DNA of 64,000 nucleotides from Escherichia coli. GTDB taxonomy: Bacteria; Pseudomonadota; Gammaproteobacteria; Enterobacterales; Enterobacteriaceae. Position numbers and translations under genes: made by a program. The notes beneath the pieces were generated by a model, which did no database searches, had not been told where the DNA came from, and saw only the letters and a program-made list of their open reading frames with translations. Below are positions 59,356 to 64,000 of the stretch, in pieces (within the stretch, counting starts at the first letter, position 1; the number at the start of each line of letters is the position of its first letter). The stretch lies in the NCBI RefSeq assembly GCF_013315695.1, contig NZ_CP054353.1; one strand, given 5' to 3'.

Positions 59356-61389
59356 TTATTTCACCTGATGACCCGGTTTAGCACCAGCATCCGGGCTTAG
59401 CAGGAAGATATCTTTCCCGCCAGGACCGGCAGCCATCACCATGCCTTCGGAGATACCGAAGCGCATTTTACGTGGTGCCAGGTTAGCCACCATAATGGTG
59501 TGACGACCAATCAGTGCCTGCGGATCCGGGTAAGCAGAACGAATGCCGGAGAAGACATTGCGTTTTTCACCGCCGAGATCCAGCGTCAGGCGCAGCAGTT
59601 TGTCAGAACCTTCAACAAACTCTGCGTTTTCGATCAGCGCCACGCGCAGGTCAACTTTGGCGAAGTCGTCAAAGGTGATGGTTTCCTGAATCGGATCATC
59701 TGCCAGTGGGCCAGTAATTGGCGCGGCAGCTGCTTTCACTTCTTCTTTAGACGCTTCCACCAGTGCTTCAACCTGCTTCATATCGATGCGGTTATACAGC
59801 GCTTTGAACGGATTCACTTTGTGGCCCAGCAGCGGTTGCTGGATACCATCCCAGGTCAGTTCTGTATTGAGGAATGCTTCTGCGCGCTCGGTCAGTTTCG
59901 GCAGTACCGGCTTCAGGTAAGTCATCAGCACGCGGAACAGGTTTATGCCCATTGAGCAAATTGCCTGCAGGTCGGCATCGCGGCCTTCCTGTTTTGCCAC
60001 CACCCACGGAGCCTGTTCATCGACATAGCGGTTAGCCAGATCAGCCAGCGCCATGATTTCGCGTACTGCTTTACCAAATTCGCGGCTTTCCCACGCTTCA
60101 CCAATCACTTCAGCGGCATCAGTGAAGGTTTTGTACAACTGCGGGTCAGCCAGTTCGCTTGCCAGCACGCCGTCAAAACGCTTGTTGATAAAGCCCGCAT
60201 TACGAGAGGCCAGGTTAACCACTTTGTTAACGATATCGGCATTCACGCGCTGAACGAAATCTTCCAGGTTGAGATCGATATCATCAATGCGCGAAGAGAG
60301 TTTCGCAGTGTAGTAGTAACGCAGGCTGTCGGCGTCAAAATGATTCAGCCAGGTGCTGGCCTTAATAAAGGTACCGCGAGACTTAGACATCTTCGCGCCG
60401 TTCACCGTCACATAGCCATGAACAAACAGGTTGGTCGGCTTGCGGAAGTTGCTGCCTTCCAGCATTGCTGGCCAGAACAGGCTGTGGAAGTAAACAATAT
60501 CTTTACCGATGAAGTGGTACAGCTCGGCGGTGGAGTCTTTCTTCCAGTATTCATCGAAGCTTACGCTGTCGCCGCGCTTGTCGCACAGATTCTTGAAAGA
60601 ACCCATATAGCCAATCGGCGCATCCAGCCAGACGTAGAAATATTTACCCGGCGCGTTCGGAATTTCAAAACCGAAGTACGGCGCGTCGCGGGAGATATCC
60701 CACTGTTGCAGGCCGGATTCAAACCACTCCTGCATTTTATTTGCCACCTGCTCCTGCAACGCACCGCTGCGGGTCCATGCCTGCAACATTTCGCTGAAAG
60801 AGGGCAGATCAAAGAAGAAGTGTTCAGAATCACGCATTACCGGCGTAGCGCCAGAAACCACCGATTTCGGTTCGATCAATTCAGTCGGGCTGTAGGTCGC
60901 GCCGCAGACTTCGCAGTTATCGCCGTATTGATCCGGGGATTTACATTTCGGGCAGGTGCCTTTCACAAAACGGTCCGGCAGGAACATGCCTTTTTCCGGA
61001 TCGTACAGCTGAGAAATAGTGCGGTTTTTAATAAAACCGTTTTCTTTCAGGCGGCTGTATATAAGCTCTGACAGCTGACGGTTCTCTTCGCTGTGCGTAG
61101 AGTGGTAATTGTCGTAGCTAATGTTAAAGCCTGCGAAATCAGTCTGATGCTCCTGACTCATTTCGCCAATCATCTGCTCCGGGGTGATACCGAGCTGCTG
61201 AGCTTTCAGCATGATCGGTGTACCGTGGGCATCGTCGGCGCAGATGAAGTTGACCTCGTGGCCGCGCATTCGCTGGTAACGGACCCAGACATCAGCCTGG
61301 ATGTGCTCCAGCATATGGCCGAGGTGGATTGAGCCGTTAGCGTACGGCAGTGCGCACGTCACCAGAATTTTCTTCGCGACTTGAGTCAT
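59356..61389 (-). CDS. metG: Methionyl-tRNA synthetase
   Basis: 677 aa from [38 protein letters not shown] (HIGH motif), KMSKS present, Zn knuckle CPKC...CEVC. Confidence 0.95.
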   Translation of the reverse strand: MTQVAKKILVTCALPYANGSIHLGHMLEHIQADVWVRYQRMRGHEVNFICADDAHGTPIMLKAQQLGITPEQMIGEMSQEHQTDFAGFNISYDNYHSTHSEENRQLSELIYSRLKENGFIKNRTISQLYDPEKGMFLPDRFVKGTCPKCKSPDQYGDNCEVCGATYSPTELIEPKSVVSGATPVMRDSEHFFFDLPSFSEMLQAWTRSGALQEQVANKMQEWFESGLQQWDISRDAPYFGFEIPNAPGKYFYVWLDAPIGYMGSFKNLCDKRGDSVSFDEYWKKDSTAELYHFIGKDIVYFHSLFWPAMLEGSNFRKPTNLFVHGYVTVNGAKMSKSRGTFIKASTWLNHFDADSLRYYYTAKLSSRIDDIDLNLEDFVQRVNADIVNKVVNLASRNAGFINKRFDGVLASELADPQLYKTFTDAAEVIGEAWESREFGKAVREIMALADLANRYVDEQAPWVVAKQEGRDADLQAICSMGINLFRVLMTYLKPVLPKLTERAEAFLNTELTWDGIQQPLLGHKVNPFKALYNRIDMKQVEALVEASKEEVKAAAAPITGPLADDPIQETITFDDFAKVDLRVALIENAEFVEGSDKLLRLTLDLGGEKRNVFSGIRSAYPDPQALIGRHTIMVANLAPRKMRFGISEGMVMAAGPGGKDIFLLSPDAGAKPGHQVK

Positions 61390-61520
61390 AGTAGGCATTA
61401 CTTCTTAATAGTGAAAAGGGGTTAGATAGTACCAAATGGGAAAATGTTAAGTAAGTACTTCTCTATATTCTTCAGGTAAACTATCAGCTGATGGTTTATC
61501 TATACAAAAAAGGAGTCGGG

Positions 61521-62630
61521 ATGAACGAACAATCCCAGGCCAAATCACCAGAAGCCTTGCGCGCAATGGTCGCCGGGACACTGGCCAATTTTCAGCACCC
61601 AACCCTGAAGCATAACCTCACCACGCTGAAAGCGTTGCACCATGTCGCCTGGATGGACGACACGTTGCATGTGGAACTGGTTATGCCATTCGTCTGGCAT
61701 AGCGCGTTCGAAGAGTTAAAAGAGCAATGTAGCGCCGAACTGCTGCGTATCACCGGGGCGAAAGCTATCGACTGGAAACTGTCGCACAATATCGCCACCT
61801 TAAAACGCGTGAAGAATCAGCCGGGAATTAACGGCGTGAAGAACATCATTGCGGTCAGCTCCGGTAAAGGCGGCGTGGGTAAATCCTCCACGGCGGTAAA
61901 CCTGGCGCTGGCACTGGCGGCGGAAGGGGCGAAAGTCGGCATTCTGGACGCCGATATCTACGGCCCATCAATCCCCACCATGCTGGGCGCAGAAAATCAG
62001 CGTCCAACTTCGCCGGACGGTACCCACATGGCACCGATTATGTCTCATGGCCTTGCAACCAATTCAATTGGTTATCTGGTCACTGACGACAATGCGATGG
62101 TGTGGCGTGGTCCGATGGCGAGCAAGGCGTTAATGCAAATGTTGCAGGAAACCTTGTGGCCGGATCTCGACTATCTGGTGCTTGATATGCCGCCAGGCAC
62201 CGGTGACATTCAATTGACACTGGCACAAAACATTCCAGTAACTGGCGCGGTAGTGGTCACCACCCCGCAGGACATTGCGTTGATCGATGCGAAAAAAGGC
62301 ATTGTGATGTTCGAGAAAGTCGAGGTTCCGGTGCTCGGTATTGTCGAGAACATGAGTGTGCATATTTGCAGTAACTGTGGTCACCATGAACCGATTTTCG
62401 GTACCGGTGGTGCAGAGAAACTGGCCGAGAAATACCACACGCAGTTGCTGGGGCAGATGCCGTTACACATCTCCTTACGTGAAGATCTCGATAAAGGCAC
62501 GCCAACGGTTATCAGCCGTCCGGAGAGCGAATTTACCGCTATCTACCGCCAGCTGGCTGACCGCGTTGCAGCCCAGCTTTATTGGCAGGGAGAAGTCATT
62601 CCTGGCGAGATTTCCTTCCGCGCGGTCTAA
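61521..62630 (+). CDS. apbC: Fe-S cluster carrier ATPase ApbC (Mrp)
   Basis: 369 aa from MNEQSQAKSPEALRAM; P-loop SGKGGVGKSS; CxxC motif ICSNCGHHE. Confidence 0.9.
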   Translation: MNEQSQAKSPEALRAMVAGTLANFQHPTLKHNLTTLKALHHVAWMDDTLHVELVMPFVWHSAFEELKEQCSAELLRITGAKAIDWKLSHNIATLKRVKNQPGINGVKNIIAVSSGKGGVGKSSTAVNLALALAAEGAKVGILDADIYGPSIPTMLGAENQRPTSPDGTHMAPIMSHGLATNSIGYLVTDDNAMVWRGPMASKALMQMLQETLWPDLDYLVLDMPPGTGDIQLTLAQNIPVTGAVVVTTPQDIALIDAKKGIVMFEKVEVPVLGIVENMSVHICSNCGHHEPIFGTGGAEKLAEKYHTQLLGQMPLHISLREDLDKGTPTVISRPESEFTAIYRQLADRVAAQLYWQGEVIPGEISFRAV

Positions 62631-62660
62631 CGCGTATTAACCTTTTTGGTTGTTTTTCAT

Positions 62661-62700
62661 ACACCGCAGAGATGTACATTGATGCGGTGTATTTGTTTTT
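62661..62700 (+). terminator. Rho-independent terminator after apbC
   Basis: ACACCGCA-(14 nt)-TGCGGTGT followed by ATTTGTTTTT. Confidence 0.55.
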
Positions 62701-62891
62701 GCCGCATTAATGAACACTTATTTAATGCTACGAATATTCTGCGGACCTTCGTCCGAAACTCTATAAAGTCGATTGATCGTACAGGCAATGCTTCATTATC
62801 ATCCTTCGTGGCTGTGTAGTGGATGTACAGCTATAGTTTGTTATGCACTCATTCTATCCAGGCATAACCTTTACTACAGGGATAACGTTCA

Positions 62892-63170
62892 ATGAATAAG
62901 TACTGGCTGTCAGGAATTATTTTTCTTGCCTATGGAATGGCTTCTCCCGCGTTCTCTTCACAGACTGCCACATTAACGATTAATGGCAGGATCAGTCCCC
63001 CAACATGCAGTATGGCTATGGTTAATGGTCAACCTCAACAGCATTGTGGTCAGTTAACGTATGATGTTGATACCCGTCATCAGGTTTCTTCGCCAGTCAA
63101 AGGTGTAACGACAGAAGTGGTTGTTGCAGGTAGCGATAGCAAACGTCGGGTGATGCTGCCAACTTACTGA
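62892..63170 (+). pseudogene. yehE: yehE-like small protein, C-terminus replaced at the IS1 junction
   Basis: MNKYWLSGIIFLAYGMASPAFSSQTATLTINGRISPPTCSMAMVNGQPQQHCG...; the last codons and stop lie inside IS1 (starts 63149). Confidence 0.6.
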
Positions 63171-63203
63171 TTTAGTGTATGATGGTGTTTTTGAGGTGCT
63201 CCA

Positions 63204-63479
63204 GTGGCTTCTGTTTCTATCAGCTGTCCCTCCTGTTCAGCTACTGACGGGGTGGTGCGTAACGGCAAAAGCACCGCCGGACATCAGCGCTATCTCTGCT
63301 CTCACTGCCGTAAAACATGGCAACTGCAGTTCACTTACACCGCTTCTCAACCCGGTACGCACCAGAAAATCATTGATATGGCCATGAATGGCGTTGGATG
63401 CCGGGCAACAGCCCGCATTATGGGCGTTGGCCTCAACACGATTTTACGTCACTTAAAAAACTCAGGCCGCAGTCGGTAA
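63204..63479 (+). CDS. insA: IS1 InsA (copy 2)
   Basis: Identical to copy-1 InsA. Confidence 0.9.
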
Positions 63480-63901
63480 CCTCGCGCATACAGCCGGGCA
63501 GTGACGTCATCGTCTGCGCGGAAATGGACGAACAGTGGGGCTATGTCGGGGCTAAATCGCGCCAGCGCTGGCTGTTTTACGCGTATGACAGGCTCCGGAA
63601 GACGGTTGTTGCGCACGTATTCGGTGAACGCACTATGGCGACGCTGGGGCGTCTTATGAGCCTGCTGTCACCCTTTGACGTGGTGATATGGATGACGGAT
63701 GGCTGGCCGCTGTATGAATCCCGCCTGAAGGGAAAGCTGCACGTAATCAGCAAGCGATATACGCAGCGAATTGAGCGGCATAACCTGAATCTGAGGCAGC
63801 ACCTGGCACGGCTGGGACGGAAGTCGCTGTCGTTCTCAAAATCGGTGGAGCTGCATGACAAAGTCATCGGGCATTATCTGAACATAAAACACTATCAATA
63901 A
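63398..63901 (+). CDS. insB: IS1 InsB (copy 2)
   Basis: Identical to copy-1 InsB. Confidence 0.9.
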
Positions 63902-64000
63902 GTTGGAGTCATTACCTAAATAGGCTTGATGAAAGTTCTATTTCTATATTTTTCAATATACAAATTTCCCCAAAAACGGCGTGAATATCACGCCGATCAA

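Larger units (their letters stand above)
63149..63916 (+). mobile_element. IS1 (768 bp), copy 2, same orientation as copy 1
   Basis: Identical ends and insA/insB translations to copy 1; no 9-bp target duplication (CAAACGTCG left, TAAATAGGC right). Confidence 0.9.

Overview
This window looks like an Escherichia coli / Shigella chromosomal segment. Positions 1 to about 41,840 are the right-hand part of a lambdoid prophage inserted in mlrA (yehV); the integrase end lies upstream of the window. The prophage has lambda-like head and tail genes (Nu1, A, W, B, C, D, E, FI, FII, Z, U, V, G/T, H, M, L, K, I, J, lom, stf) and a Stx-phage-like late region (Q, three tRNAs of the ileZ-argN-argO type, nanS-p, S21-type holin, SAR endolysin, Rz/Rz1), but no stx genes. 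From about 41,840 to 64,000 the host genes run btsS/btsR (yehU/yehT), yehS, yehR, yehQ, yehP (apparently frameshifted), yehM, yehL, an IS1, a truncated yehI-like gene, a molR-like gene split by an intact IS4, metG, apbC (mrp), a truncated yehE and a second IS1. I could not assign a function to several accessory loci, and these are the best candidates for anything undescribed: an AT-rich moron directly after Q, an extra ORF inside the lysis cassette, a small RHH/hydrophobic-peptide island next to cos, and a two-gene cassette between stf and dinI. All calls rest on reading the sequence and remembered family signatures; no database search was run.
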